This document shows, in pieces, positions 13,201 through 25,055 of a stretch of DNA of 64,000 nucleotides. The first letter of the stretch is position 1, and each line of letters starts with the position of its first letter. The notes beneath the pieces are model-generated. The model had not been told where the DNA came from and searched no databases. It worked only from the letters and a program-made list of their open reading frames with translations. A program made the translations under genes and the position numbers. The stretch is taken from the NCBI GenBank assembly GCA_965645245.1, contig OZ287077.1, positions 868,001-932,000 of the forward strand, given 5' to 3'. The DNA is from Massalongia carnosa (taxonomy: Eukaryota).

Positions 13201-14802
13201 AATCCAGCATCACGAGCGCTTTGTAACGTCTCGCGCATCGTAAGAACACAGCTAATATCGACGACCATATCACCCACTGGGACGGGCCTGAGAATGTCTC
13301 CCTTACTGGATTTCGATGCTTGAGCAAAGTCTGATAATAAGTCTGGATGCTCTTTGGTGAGTACGATGGCGGCGGTTAAAAAAGCCAGATCCTCGGCTTT
13401 CGTCTTTTTTGTCATCTCCACGGGTTCTCCAATAGGCCGTCCATCAAGGATCACTTGAGCTTTCTTGGGTTCTGCACCATATGCCCTTCTGTTGATAGTT
13501 TCGCAATTCACCACCACCGAGGCGCGTGGGTGAAGGATTCTATAATACTCGAATAAGTTTCTGCTATTAGCGGTAGTCAATGCCGTAGAGTCATTGATGA
13601 TAATAGACCCTTCCCCACGTTCGGCGTGATATCTCTCTGCTTGCACTTTGAAGCGCAAAGCTGCCGCGACTTCTGCAGACCTTAGGTCTGTACCTCTTCC
13701 TGCAACTTTGATATTTTGTTCAGATAACTCAATGGTGACTTCAATGATTTTTTTCTTGCTGCGCAGGGATCGTGTTAAAGCCTGCACGTTGTACGTAGGG
13801 ACGCATTTAAATCGCGCGGCATAATTGTAGACATCAATTTTTCCATCCGCCTCATCGGCGAGAGTTTGCTTACCAACGTTGTCTGTTCCGCTTTCAAAAA
13901 TTTCATTTAGCAGACCAAGTTCATGAAGCTTGGCTAGTAAACTAAGATACGCGGCTGTTGTAGAAGATTTCTGGGTTACAGTCAGCCGGTTCCTACTAGT
14001 TCCCACTCTTAGGAAACTACCTTGCTCCTGCCTTCACCCATCACATCAAGTGACTGCTCGTGTACATGGAATTTACATTTCAGAGTGCATCGAAATACCC
14101 CGTCCCGCCCCAATTGTACGATTTCGGAGCGCGTCATCGCAACCCTTTGTAATGCACTATACAAAGTGACCTTCAAATCTGAGAAAAGTAAAGGAGGTAA
14201 TCTAGGGTACTCTCCCGCAGTTGGTAAGGATACGTTTTTACGAATGTAAGCTTCATCTTTCAGTTCACCATTAAATCGCGACTGAACCGCACCGCGCAGC
14301 CGCTGGGCAGGGGGCGGCACTGGAGATTGCTCTGCTCGACGCTTTGAAAGCTTGTGGGTCGACTTTGAAAAGCCTTCGTTGCGGTTACGCCACTGACTGG
14401 AACTCTGGGGGCTTGAGCTTTGTTGAAAATGTTGTTCCATGTATGAGACTACTTGAGCCTGAGATGGCGGATTGACCGACGGGATACTCGCCTCATTACT
14501 TGACTGTGTTTGAGATTTGGGGTCTGCCCGAGAAAGTTTCGTCCCACCATATAACAATGCCGACGGTAAAGTACCGTCATCTCGTCCTCTCACCTCGTGG
14601 GCGGTCGACTTGAGGCGGTTCTGCTGCAAACTCCTTGGATCTCTCCACGATTGCAAAGCAAGGATTTCCCTTGAACTGAGAGCAGACGGCATCGTACGCG
14701 CTCGTAACGCCTGGAGGAAGACAATATCAGTAAGAGCCTCACCAGCCAGACGAAGATGAAAGGTAGGAAGGGAAGAGGAGGTCGAACCAAAGCCCGTTTC
14801 AT
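10272..14802 (-). CDS. DExH/DEAH-box RNA helicase (DHX30/DHX36-like) with dsRBD-like N-terminal region, probably mitochondrial
   Basis: GATGSGKTTQVPQ, TQPRRIAA, DEVHER, MSAT, ATNIAETSITI, QRAGRAGR, followed by HA2/OB-like region. Intron near 13970-14021. Probable short first exon MKRAL from ATG 14802 (start is inferred). Confidence 0.9.
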
Positions 14803-15220
14803 GGCTCTTCGTAAACATGAAAATCAAACTTTACACATGATTAAGTAGGTAAGGAACTTTTGAACAAGGGTAAATAAGATACTTGGAGGTGTAGCAGCCA
14901 TCAATTAACAGCGCTGTGTTACGGCAAGAGTGAAGGGACGGAGGTGTAGATATAGAACAGTCAAATTTAGGTAGGTAGTTTAACAAAAAAAAACTTTACG
15001 GAGTAGACCAATCAGGATTGATGTCCAACTTTGCGTGATAAGTTATTACACAACTACTCCGTATTCCTATTCTTATTCGATTCTTATTCGAAGCACAACC
15101 TCACTCTTCTTACGGTTAAGTGATGAAAGGTACTTGATCTACAGAGTAAAAAACCCTCTAACTTTTGGCATCTCTTCAGTCAATCCCAAGAGCCAAAATT
15201 AAAATGTAACATAAATGTAA

Positions 15221-15352
15221 TGGACGTACAGGGATTTGAACCCTGGACCTTTCACAGACGCGCAGATGCGAAGCGAAAATCATACCCCTAGACCTACAAT
15301 TTATTAATGAATATGTCAATAAATCTAGAAATCAGTATCTTACCATGCGCCC
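15221..15352 (-). tRNA. tRNA-Ala(CGC) with a 10-nt canonical intron (15257-15266) and a 50-nt GT-AG insertion (15294-15343) between positions 9 and 10
   Basis: Removing both inserts gives GGGCGCA TG GTCTAGGGGTATGAT T TTCGC TT CGC AT GTGAA AGGTC CAGGG TTCAAAT CCCTG TACGTCC A. This is a cloverleaf with the G3:U70 alanine determinant, A73, a perfect T-arm, one C6:A67 mismatch, and T-runs downstream. Confidence 0.88.
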
Positions 15353-18335
15353 CATTGCGATGAAGATTTGAAGAATGTTCAAATATACATTATTTCTCAA
15401 ATAAAAACTCCCACTGAAGTAGGTTATCACCCGCTAACCAATTTTCAGCTTTAAGATCTCTACCAAAATTACAGATATGAGCAATAGAGAAGAGTACTCT
15501 CATTTGGAAGAGAGTACATGGAAAGGATGCCTGAAGTGATATCCTTGGCTTGTTTCTCATGTTTACTCGTGTAACAACACACATAGGAAGGCAAGGAAAC
15601 TAAAGAGAAAAAAATAGGTGTCAGATGTGGAAAACGACGGCAGGGTGATCTGGACTTGTTCTCCGATACTTCTCTCTCTTATATTTCGAGCAGTGTACGG
15701 AAACACATTTATAACAATGCTCAATATTAATCGACACATGCAATCTCGGATATTTTATTCTAAGGTACTCATATATAAACAATTTATTTACTATTTACTA
15801 TTATTAGTTCTCAACTCTACTTTAAAACTGACCATACAAAACCTGAAGTCGAGATTACATTTGTGAACACCCTATACAAATATCTTCTCTCACCGATCCA
15901 GCCGAGATCGACCAGCTGTGGTCCCCAAGCGAGGTCCACAGGTGAAAGCATGGCAAATTTCGACGGTATCTCACAAGGGATTTTAACGGTGAACAAAGGC
16001 GATTAAGATGACAGTGTTGGACTACGGAAGTATAGAGCTCGACTTTACGAACATCTCAATTCTTTAAGGCTCTGAGTTGGACGTGCGTGCTCAATTTGAA
16101 CTGGATCCTGTTTTGCTGGAAATTCTTGACGGTATTTATATGGATGCATTATCTTACCTGAAGAGCATATCAGTAAGTGGACAGAAGCATGCGGGGGTTT
16201 TCCTCCCAAGATGATGATGAGAATTCAATGTACACGCAAGACACACTTAAAATTTGTACTTCAAGTCAAACCTCCTTATTTGGCGCACCAAAAAAAGGCT
16301 TGCGCTCAGGCAAAAGCGTCATAGGTTTCGTTCAAAGCAGAAGGCTATTTGTTATTGCCTCCGAAGGATACATCATCATCTTAGTCCTCGATCCCTGATT
16401 ATTCGATTTTTGATTCCTTGATCCTTGATTCCTTGATCTTTGAGTGCTCAAACAATACAAGAGCGAAAACGGCATCTTTTAAACGGAAGTAGAATCTTGT
16501 GTTGGTTCTCCCAGCGCCTGCAAAGGACAACGGCTTTGGAAAAGATGAGATTATCGAAAGCAGAACCATCTTGGCCTTAACAACTCATCGTGTCATGAGA
16601 CAAGACCTGGCGTATGCGGTGCGACAGCCGAATCTTTGCAAAAATCTAGGTATCACCACACGAAGTGCTCAGCTATCCGAACTTTCGCTAACACAAAGCT
16701 GTTGTCTCTTGTCTAAACGATGGTTTGGAGATATTATGATACAAGAAATAAAGGCTTGTCAATGACTCGCGGTTTTGAGTGTGATGATGTAGTTGAAACG
16801 AGTCAAACTTCGAAGACAACCTTTGACTAGCTAGTTTGAAGTACCTGCTGTCAGACCTTGAGTAATCATTTGTTGCATGGGTTGCCATACCGCATAACCG
16901 TATTCGAAACATACAGTTTACAAATCGAGGATGCAGTTGCTGAGCTCTGTTGAGATCCTAATCATATAACATGCAAGTGCGAAAGGTTGATTTCAAAAAT
17001 CTTGAACGGGATGGTATCAGTATCATTGTCAGGTCATCAGCTAACATCTACAACTGGGCATATGAATACAAGACTGACTGGTGATTAACTCATTTTAAAC
17101 GACAAACTTGAGATGGCACTCAAGGACCAAAAATGTTGCGACACCAAAAGTATACATCATTTCGATGCTCCGGGACAACCACATTGACCAATATAATGAT
17201 ATAAGAGTTGTATCGAGATGTGAATTGTATTTCAAATAACATAAAGTACCATAGTGTTTCAAGTGTGCTGATTATTGTGTAAAAAATCAGCAACAAATAC
17301 GTCTTCGAAATGGTTTAGCCGATCATGGTGCTTTGGTGTCGCAACTTTTTTGGTCCCCATCTGGATGTATCAGAACACCGCAAAGGACATCTTCGCGCAA
17401 ACTATTGCCGAGAACTGCAGCAAGACCATTTGCTTTTATCTCTTGCAAAGTTCTAGTTACGCCTTGAAAAGGAATGGACTGGTGAGTGTCATCCGGAATC
17501 GAACAGTTAGAAGCGGAGTGTCTTGGATAGAGTGGGCATTATGAGTTGCAGAGTTGCCATTCTTGTGTAGCTGAGATAGATATGTACGCCAATTTCTGGT
17601 TCATATTTCGGAACCATTTCTGCCGAAGCCCCGCAAAAATACTGTATTTTGTGCTCGTTACCGTAGTAAGAGAGGCTTGGCTTAAGGTTATATCGAGGTT
17701 TAGACACATGGCTAATCATTGGACGGCGTAAACGCACAAAGCTTTCAACCCGCGCTTCCCAAGCCGCGGCTTGGCAAAAAGCTCCCCTAAGTAAAAGTCA
17801 AGATAAAAGTATAAGAACCACGCCTATTGAAGGCAGTTTTTGGATACCAGCTCTTGAAACAGATATGTTATCCACTACGTAGGAAAAACATAGAGAGAAT
17901 AGTTAGTTTAGTAAAAGGCCTTAAATTCTATCCTTAACGTCTGATGAATCAAGAGAAAAATGCGAAAGGAGACAAAAGGCCAGCAGACTCAAGGCATACC
18001 ATAACTGTGCCTTAACAAGTTCTCCCCACTTATGGGTATCCCATTGACTATGCTTCTGCAACTGAGGCTGTGTTGTACAATCTTGCAGTCATTCCGTTCG
18101 TTCGGTGCTTAGATAAAGGGGTTTTTTTCTTTCTGAAGTAAGACAGTCATGAGTATGAGATGGGCAATGGAGGTGATATTTGCTAGCCTCTGGCTTGTAC
18201 TCGAAACTCGAGGGAACTTTGTAAGTTGGCAGCAGTGCAGTAAGCAGGACAGTACAAGAAGAAACCAGAGTGATAGACCTGTAAAGCAGTCAAAAGCACA
18301 AGTGCCATTTGATTAAGTGATGGTGGTTAGTAGAT

Positions 18336-18434
18336 GAAGAAGAAGAAGAAGAAGAAGAAGAAGAAGAAGAAGAAGAAGAAGAAGAAGAAGAAGAAGAAGA
18401 AGAAGAAGAAGAAGAAGAAGAAGAAGAAGAAGAA

Positions 18435-18466
<32 letters not shown>

Positions 18467-18467
18467 A
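18336..18467. repeat. Long (GAA)n microsatellite
   Basis: About 40 perfect GAA units plus a few degenerate ones. Confidence 0.98.
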
Positions 18468-18515
18468 AGAGCTAATAGTTTTTTTTTTTAAGAAAAAAAA
18501 GAGGTGAAAAAAGTA

Positions 18516-18550
18516 TGCCCGACTCGTGGATCGAACATAGGACCACTCCG
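18516..18550 (-). pseudogene. tRNA-like 3' half (B-box, acceptor-like strand, oligo-T terminator)
   Basis: Minus strand CGGAG TGGTC CTATG TTCGATC CACGA GTCGGGC A then TACTTTTTT. T-stem has two mismatches and no convincing 5' half was found. Confidence 0.4.
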
Positions 18551-19041
18551 TTTTAGTCTTGATTCGTCATTACAACCATCAATCCTTTCTCCCTTGCGTG
18601 TCTATTCTGTATGGATTCAAAAAGGCAAAAAGAAACAGGCGGTGTTGCTACCATGGGAAGGTTTGTTATTCACTAGACCTGGAGAAAATCCCTGATGGGG
18701 TTTTACTTGTATGAAGACCGCATGGGGGGTTCCTCGCACAGATAGAAGATATCCTAGACAGGGTTCCTTGCCGTTATCTAGGTATATCACCTAATGTAAA
18801 CGGTAAAGTAAATGTCCGAAAAATATCTTCCAGAGCCATGGAGGACTACGCCCGTAGTCTTCATTGAGAAATAGGGACTTATTATAAAATATAAAGACTT
18901 AATCAACAAATAAATAATAACTTACTATTTTCCATGCCCAGTGCCACCACATCATGTCCTCCTTTCCCCTATTCTTGCTCCTAAGCTATAACTTGTCGCA
19001 ACCTTTACTATCTTGCCAGCAACAATGAGCATCTACACGTC

Positions 19042-20625
19042 CTACCTAGGATGATTATCATCGAGTAATGACTCCTGACAACACCTTTCCAAGCCATCCA
19101 CCCCCATTTTCCTGATACTCTTGTCGAGTAACTTGCACTGACTTTAACTTCGAGTGGTCTGCTGCCATCAAGGCACCACCGAGCCAGGTTGATTTTATAG
19201 GACTTTGTCGAGTCAGCGCATGCAACGTCCAGAGGTGAAATTACAGGTTCATTCAACTCACTCTGGAGCTCTCGCAATACGCACTGTGCACTCTGCTGGC
19301 GCGAGCTGCCGAACCTCCGTCTCCCTACGCAACATAAATTGTTGTCTTCGTTGAGTCGAGGAAGGGTCTTACAGCCTCTCCATAAATCCATCCAGCTTCG
19401 CATTCCCTCCGACTACAAGAACATTGGCCAGCATGGCTGGCCACAAGCCAGCGGGAAGTCCAGAGAGACTCTGTACAACTGTCTCGGGTAGGCCAGCCTG
19501 CTTCATACCCACATCCCCTGGGTTGAATAAAAGTTCTGGTACAGAGAATCTTTCGTTGCCCAGTGTCATAAAATCTTCAACCGGTACACCGGCGCCTGCC
19601 ATCGCCCCCAGTTTCCGCGCTTTAGCGGTCAATGAAGGGTCATGAGGACGTATGAATCCTCGCTTATGGGCATTATAGTCAGGAAGCACATAATCAACAA
19701 CAACTTCTCTCCCATCCATGGTGGGCTTCTTACGATGCGCCGGAGCACCTTTCCAGGTCGCTTCGAGATCACTCTTGAAGTCATTACTGACATAGCATGC
19801 AGTTTCCTTGACCTCATTTATGAGATGGGTTTCGTCCAACATGTTATAATGCCGAATCGAAACAAGTTCCTTCAAGTAGTTGGTCAGGAATTTGCCTCCA
19901 ATATCAAGGCGACGGATAGCCTGCTGAATCGGTCGCCCCTTATACAAAGGAGTTACTGTTGTATGGGAATATCCCGAGTCAATCAAGAGCAAACATTCGA
20001 CAGGAAGAGCAATTGAAAGCTCCGACCGAGCAGGGATACCAAAGAGCCGAGCGATGTCATGATAGGCATTGAGAGATGGACCTACCTAGGGGATTAGTCA
20101 TTGCTCCGAGAAAAACGACTCTGCAATCCCCGATTACAGACCAATACATCTGCTGTAAGAGGCGAACTCGAATTCCTCAAAAATAATCTGGTCACAATTG
20201 CTTTGCAAGGCTGAAGGGGCATTCGGGGCCTCCGTGAGTATGAGATTTGTCTCGTGTGGATCACACTGCAGGTCTAGTTAAACCCCTTCCATGGCGGTCT
20301 TTTAAACTCAACTAGCCTTCAGCCTGGCTCCTTTATCAAAGAAAGTCGATTCCCAGATCCCCTTCTCGCCTTCCCAGTTCACCAGGTACCCCTTTTCTAC
20401 CGGTCGTCGAAAGGCCATTTCTCCAAAGTCGTTGCAAGTATTTAGTTGACTGCCCACCCAAACCTTCCTCTCCCGATCTCGAGCAATACAGTTAGGAACG
20501 ACATGGCAGTCATCTAGCTTAGGTGAAGGTTTGGCGAACCCAGCTTTAATGGTATAAGCACCATTGTCAACGATTAGAGTTTGCTCAGGCAGCACCTGTT
20601 CTACAGTTTTTGTATGACGAGGCAT
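19042..20625 (-). CDS. ARP6: Actin-related protein 6 (SWR1 complex), multi-exon
   Basis: LIVDNGAYTIKAGF, FRRPVEKGYLVNWE, LIDSGYSHTTVTP, KELVSIRHYNMLDET, LGNERFSVPELLFNP, last exon DPIKSTWLGG...VTRQEYQE. The exact stop is uncertain (19042 or 19058). Confidence 0.93.
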
Positions 20626-20900
20626 CTTGAGATATCTTATAAAAGCTAAGGGATCTGTAGACTCATGGTTGTATTCTTGTCATTACATCTTCACATACCA
20701 AACAGTATGACATTTTTCCGTGAATGGGACAATGAAGCTTTAGAAAGCGGTCATCCGCGGCAAACCCTCCAGAGCCGCCAACGTTAATTTCTCCACCTAC
20801 AGAGTACTCTAAAAACAGTACTCTAAAAACATTCCGTGCCATCTTCTCTCTTCAGTTTGCAAGCCAGCATCGAAACTGGAATTCTGTTCAAACCATTTCA

Positions 20901-21977
20901 ATGGCAACCTTAAAAGAAGTCAACAATCTCGCCGCTCTCCGCGCCTCTATCGCCTCCACAAACGCCCTCCTCCGAAACTTCGAAAAAGCGCTCCAAAACC
21001 CCCTCCAGCCCCTCTTGATCCCCTCTCCCCCAAACCCCCTCCAACTCCTTCTAGATGCCTCCTCGATCCTAAAAGCACAAAGCACAAAACTCTCTATCCT
21101 CCTTTTAAATAAACCCTTCACCCCTACCGCTATAACGTTCATCCTCACCTCCCTCTCCGGAGAATGCCTTCCCGCCCTCATGAGCGCGCTGGAACTTTGT
21201 CCGCCGCCCACCTACACGAACTTTCTGCACCAGCACATCCGTACGCTTCTTTCCCGCGCGTTCAGGGAGCTGCTGGCACTCCTCTCATCCATCCCGCATG
21301 ACGAGCATGGCATTGAGGGCCCCCGCGGTCGCGACACCCTCGCTTCCACGGGCGTGCTATGGGATACGTGCGATAATATGGCCAAGCTTGCTTCTACCGG
21401 TCTCGTCGCGCTCGCAGCTGAAAGAGTGGAACTCTACCACGGTCTGCTGAAAGATGCCATCGACGAGCTTGAAGAGTGGGATCCAAACGAAGACACCGAC
21501 TCCGAGGACACAAGCTCCAGCCCCAACTCCCCTTCGCTCGATCCTCCATCGTCCGCGAACCATAGCTCCAGCGCCACGACCATCGTCTCCCTCCGCGTCA
21601 AAACCCTCTCCCTCCTATGCCTGCTACGCCTTTTTTACCTCGCGATTAAGAAACACCGCGTCCGCTCCTTCCCCAACATCACCTCTACGACATCATCGGT
21701 CTTCCCCACCCGTTCTCAATGCGAATCCCTAGATCGTCTGCTCGCTTTGCTGCAGTCTTTTTCTGAACAAGCGGATGAGATTGCCGGAGCGCTGTACGAG
21801 GCCAATAGCACCGCGGCTGCGCGTCGGCTAGGGGAGCTGCGAGAGGGGGCCATTGATATAGTAGGGGATGTTAGGAGCGATTGGAATGACAAAGAGGATG
21901 GGTTTTCGGCCTGGGCGGGGAAATGGCTAGGGAGATTGGAAGAGATAGGTGGTCATGATGATGGTGGCTGCAGTTGA
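20901..21977 (+). CDS. Helical protein, probable GCIP/cyclin-D1-binding protein 1 family
   Basis: Single 358-aa ORF. LKAQSTKLSILLLNKPFT, LASTGVLWDTCD and LLKDAIDELEEW followed by an acidic tract resemble fungal GCIP-domain proteins. Confidence 0.6.
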   Translation: MATLKEVNNLAALRASIASTNALLRNFEKALQNPLQPLLIPSPPNPLQLLLDASSILKAQSTKLSILLLNKPFTPTAITFILTSLSGECLPALMSALELCPPPTYTNFLHQHIRTLLSRAFRELLALLSSIPHDEHGIEGPRGRDTLASTGVLWDTCDNMAKLASTGLVALAAERVELYHGLLKDAIDELEEWDPNEDTDSEDTSSSPNSPSLDPPSSANHSSSATTIVSLRVKTLSLLCLLRLFYLAIKKHRVRSFPNITSTTSSVFPTRSQCESLDRLLALLQSFSEQADEIAGALYEANSTAAARRLGELREGAIDIVGDVRSDWNDKEDGFSAWAGKWLGRLEEIGGHDDGGCS

Positions 21978-23388
21978 CTTGTTGTCGCCGGCACTAGGAC
22001 GTGGAGTTTCATCAGCATTCCGCGGAGTTCTGCTTTGTTTAAAACAATGATACCCCCTCTCCCTTTTTGTGTTCTACCAAACTGCAATAGTGCAGCGCAG
22101 CGCAGCGCAAACCCCTCTTTTCTCTCTTTGCTCTCCCTCATCAGTCCACTTATGTACCTACTTCCCCCCACCCCCTCAAGTAGTTAATCCATCCCTCCAT
22201 CCACCCATTCCCATAAACACTCCCCTTCAAAATCCTTTGCTCGTTTCCCGTCCACGTTTCGCTTCCCTGTCACATCTCTTGGGTGAACATTCTTCGGCGA
22301 ATCTTGTTTGATAGAAGTAGGTAGGGTAACGTAAAGTAGATAGGTAAACAGCCTATAGTGGCTTTTTTGGAGGGGGGGGAGAGGGAGAGGAGGTTGTGAA
22401 TGGGGTTTATGAATTAGGGAAGTAGGGAAGTAGGTAAGAAATTTTGCCTTTTTGGATAATTGATCTCCCAATCACCGACAAGCCAAAGGGAAGAGAAAGA
22501 GAAACTTCCACCGTAATCCTTACATACCTATCGAATCAATCAGTCTCTTTACTAACCTATGACCTCGACCTAGTTATCTACGTATCACGGTAACCTAATC
22601 CCAGTTTCTCATACATCCCTATCCTTTCCGTATTCAAACAAGTCACGTCCAGATTTAGTAACATAGGTATGGGAAGCAGAGAGGTGGGAGAATGATGGCG
22701 GGAAAGGGGCTGGAAATAAGGGGGGGCTTGAACTGGGTGGTGTGCAAGGTATTGGGATTGGGATAACGATTTTGTTTTTCCACAAGGTCATATCGTTGTA
22801 AACAAATTAGCTTTATACCCAAAGAAAGCTTTGAACCCCTCTCCCTCACTATGTAAAATAGCTACTAATTGTGGTTTGTTTAAGCCCCTGCTGAATGAAT
22901 CGTCGATGTCGTCGATCAAGACGTCCTCGGTGTGATAAACATTCTTCGCTTGTGGGTCAGATAGACATCGCTTTTGCGATTTTATCCTGACGAGTGAAGT
23001 CATTAATTTGCTGAATCATATTTAAGATGACAGTTTTTTGGATTCATTGACTGATATAAAGGTAGACGAGAACATTTTGACTGTGTATATGATGATTTTG
23101 GTTATCGTTATTTGTCTGAGAAAATAATCGATTCCACGTGATTAAATCGTTAAAGCCGAATATCGTTACAACCAAAATCGTTATAGCCAGGGTTGACTGT
23201 AGTCAGAGAAAGGTCAAGGGAGAAATTACGGAGATAATTCAGAATAGGGGCTGGATTCTCTGCCTTTGCGTATCGGACAAGACCTATCTAGCTCTCCACG
23301 GGGACCGAAAACCGGCGCCGAAGAGAGCAGATGCTGCTTCGGTTTTGCACAATAGTCGATACAGCCCCCAAAAAAACCCCTAAACAAT

Positions 23389-24456
23389 TTACTTCTTGCT
23401 AGCCTGCGCCTCATCCGCCTTCGCCTTCGCTCTCTTCTCCCTCACGCCCACCAACCTCGCCTCGCTTCTCGCCTCTCTTAGTACACGATACGCGTCCTTG
23501 GTCCCCTCACCTATTTCGCTTCTCTTAACTTCGCTGACCGCCTCTGCGCGCGCCAAGTCGATGATTGGTAGTGCGGCGTTAATTTTCCTCACGGCGGCGT
23601 TTTCGTTCTCCGAGGATTTCTTGTAGGCGGTTATGTCGTCCTTGGAGGCATCGAAGGCCTTATGGGCGCCGGCGCGGCGAGGGAAGAGGATCAGGCGGGA
23701 GCGGTAGGCGAGGAGGCGCTGGACATTAGCAGCGAGGGGGGCGGCGGAGAGGTTAGCACGGCGGGGGTCAACGCTAATGCCGATTGTTGGGGCGAGTTTG
23801 CGGGGGATTTTGGCTTCCTGATTAGATATAGACGTGGTTAGTAAACGTAGAGCTAGAACATTATGTAGAAAGTCGAGCCTATTGTTTATTTAATTGTGGA
23901 AAGTATACTAGGCAGCATTTCGAGGGTGATGTTAGAGACCGTATTACCTTGAGTTCCGCAAGAGAGAACCCACGCCCGGCGCGTACGCGACGGTTGTATT
24001 TGATTGTGGGGCAGCGGACTATGGGACGGAGCTTGTCGACGGGGCGGGGAGCTATGGCTGCCGCTTTAGTGAGACGAGCATTACGACGGCGAGACTTGCG
24101 GCCAGGCTATGAGATCAAACGTCAAAGTTAGATGGTTTTCTTTGGTAATGCTTCGCATCCAGAGGCAGCGAGGGTTAACAGTTAGAAAGTGGAGCTCGCC
24201 CGGGGCGAGAGAATCTGACCTGATCGAAATGCGTTCGAACACGTCGCTGCCAGTCCTTGCGGAAATCTTTGGGTGAAAATTAGCTGGAGCTGACTTCTTA
24301 TAGACAGAAAGCGCGGCTCACGGTTGTGTTGGATTTGCTGGTTATGTTTGATCGTCTATTTCGCCATTGGGCGATCAGTTCAGAGATACGTAGATATGCA
24401 AAAACGCAAGTGCTATAGCTTTAGATCTGATCTCAGAGAAGAAGAAGACATACCAT
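23389..24456 (-). CDS. RPL13: 60S ribosomal protein L13 (eL13), multi-exon
   Basis: ATG-only first exon with GTATGT donor; [79 protein letters not shown]. Confidence 0.97.
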
Positions 24457-25055
24457 GGTGGCGAATGGCGATCAGATTGTTGTGACCGTTGTGGTTTCCC
24501 TGCGATGGATTTTCTCAATATCAGATATCAAAACTCGCTAAATATGATTTAGTGGGCGGATCGCTCGCTTAAGTGCAGCCCTAGCCCTTGGCCCTTAGCC
24601 TTTAATCTATAAATCCCCTCATAGGATTAATCAATTCGTCAGTTCATGCAAAATATATCATCTTTGTGAATGTATATGTCTAGTCAAAGTCACTACTTGA
24701 ATCTATGAAGTAGAAGAGCTCAGAAAGGTTCTTGGATTCAGTATCATAAGCTTCATAGCATGCTAACTTTAAGGTATCTGACGCAGCAAGCCCAAGCTAG
24801 GGAGCAACTAAAATCAAGCCTGGACTGTTAAACTTAAAAGAGAGATCGGCAACGATCTCTATCTCCGATAAGAACACCCCCCCTAACCAGCAAGTCTTAA
24901 AGAAAGCACAAGACCAAACTGCCCATAGGTGCTTGTTATATGCCAGGAAAGCATGTAATAAGGAGCTAACCCAAGGCTGTCAAAAACCCTATAGCCAGCA
25001 AACATACCGCAAGGCAGTTGCTGACTTTCGAATGAGAACGACGATTACCTTAGTC

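Noticed and set aside
17759..17774. 16-bp perfect palindrome CCAAGCCGCGGCTTGG
   Set aside because: Isolated, with no second copy or associated element ends.
18670..18900. RNase MRP/P-like hints: GAAAATCCCT ... hairpin GACTACG/CGTAGTC ... AGGGACTTA
   Set aside because: The putative P4 pairing lacks the conserved bulged-U register and the other conserved regions were not identifiable. It needs an Infernal search.
19095..19110. Possible 1-nt indel near the ARP6 C-terminus (an alternative frame gives GWLGKVLSG)
   Set aside because: It affects only the last residues and is probably a homopolymer error or harmless variation. It cannot be resolved here.
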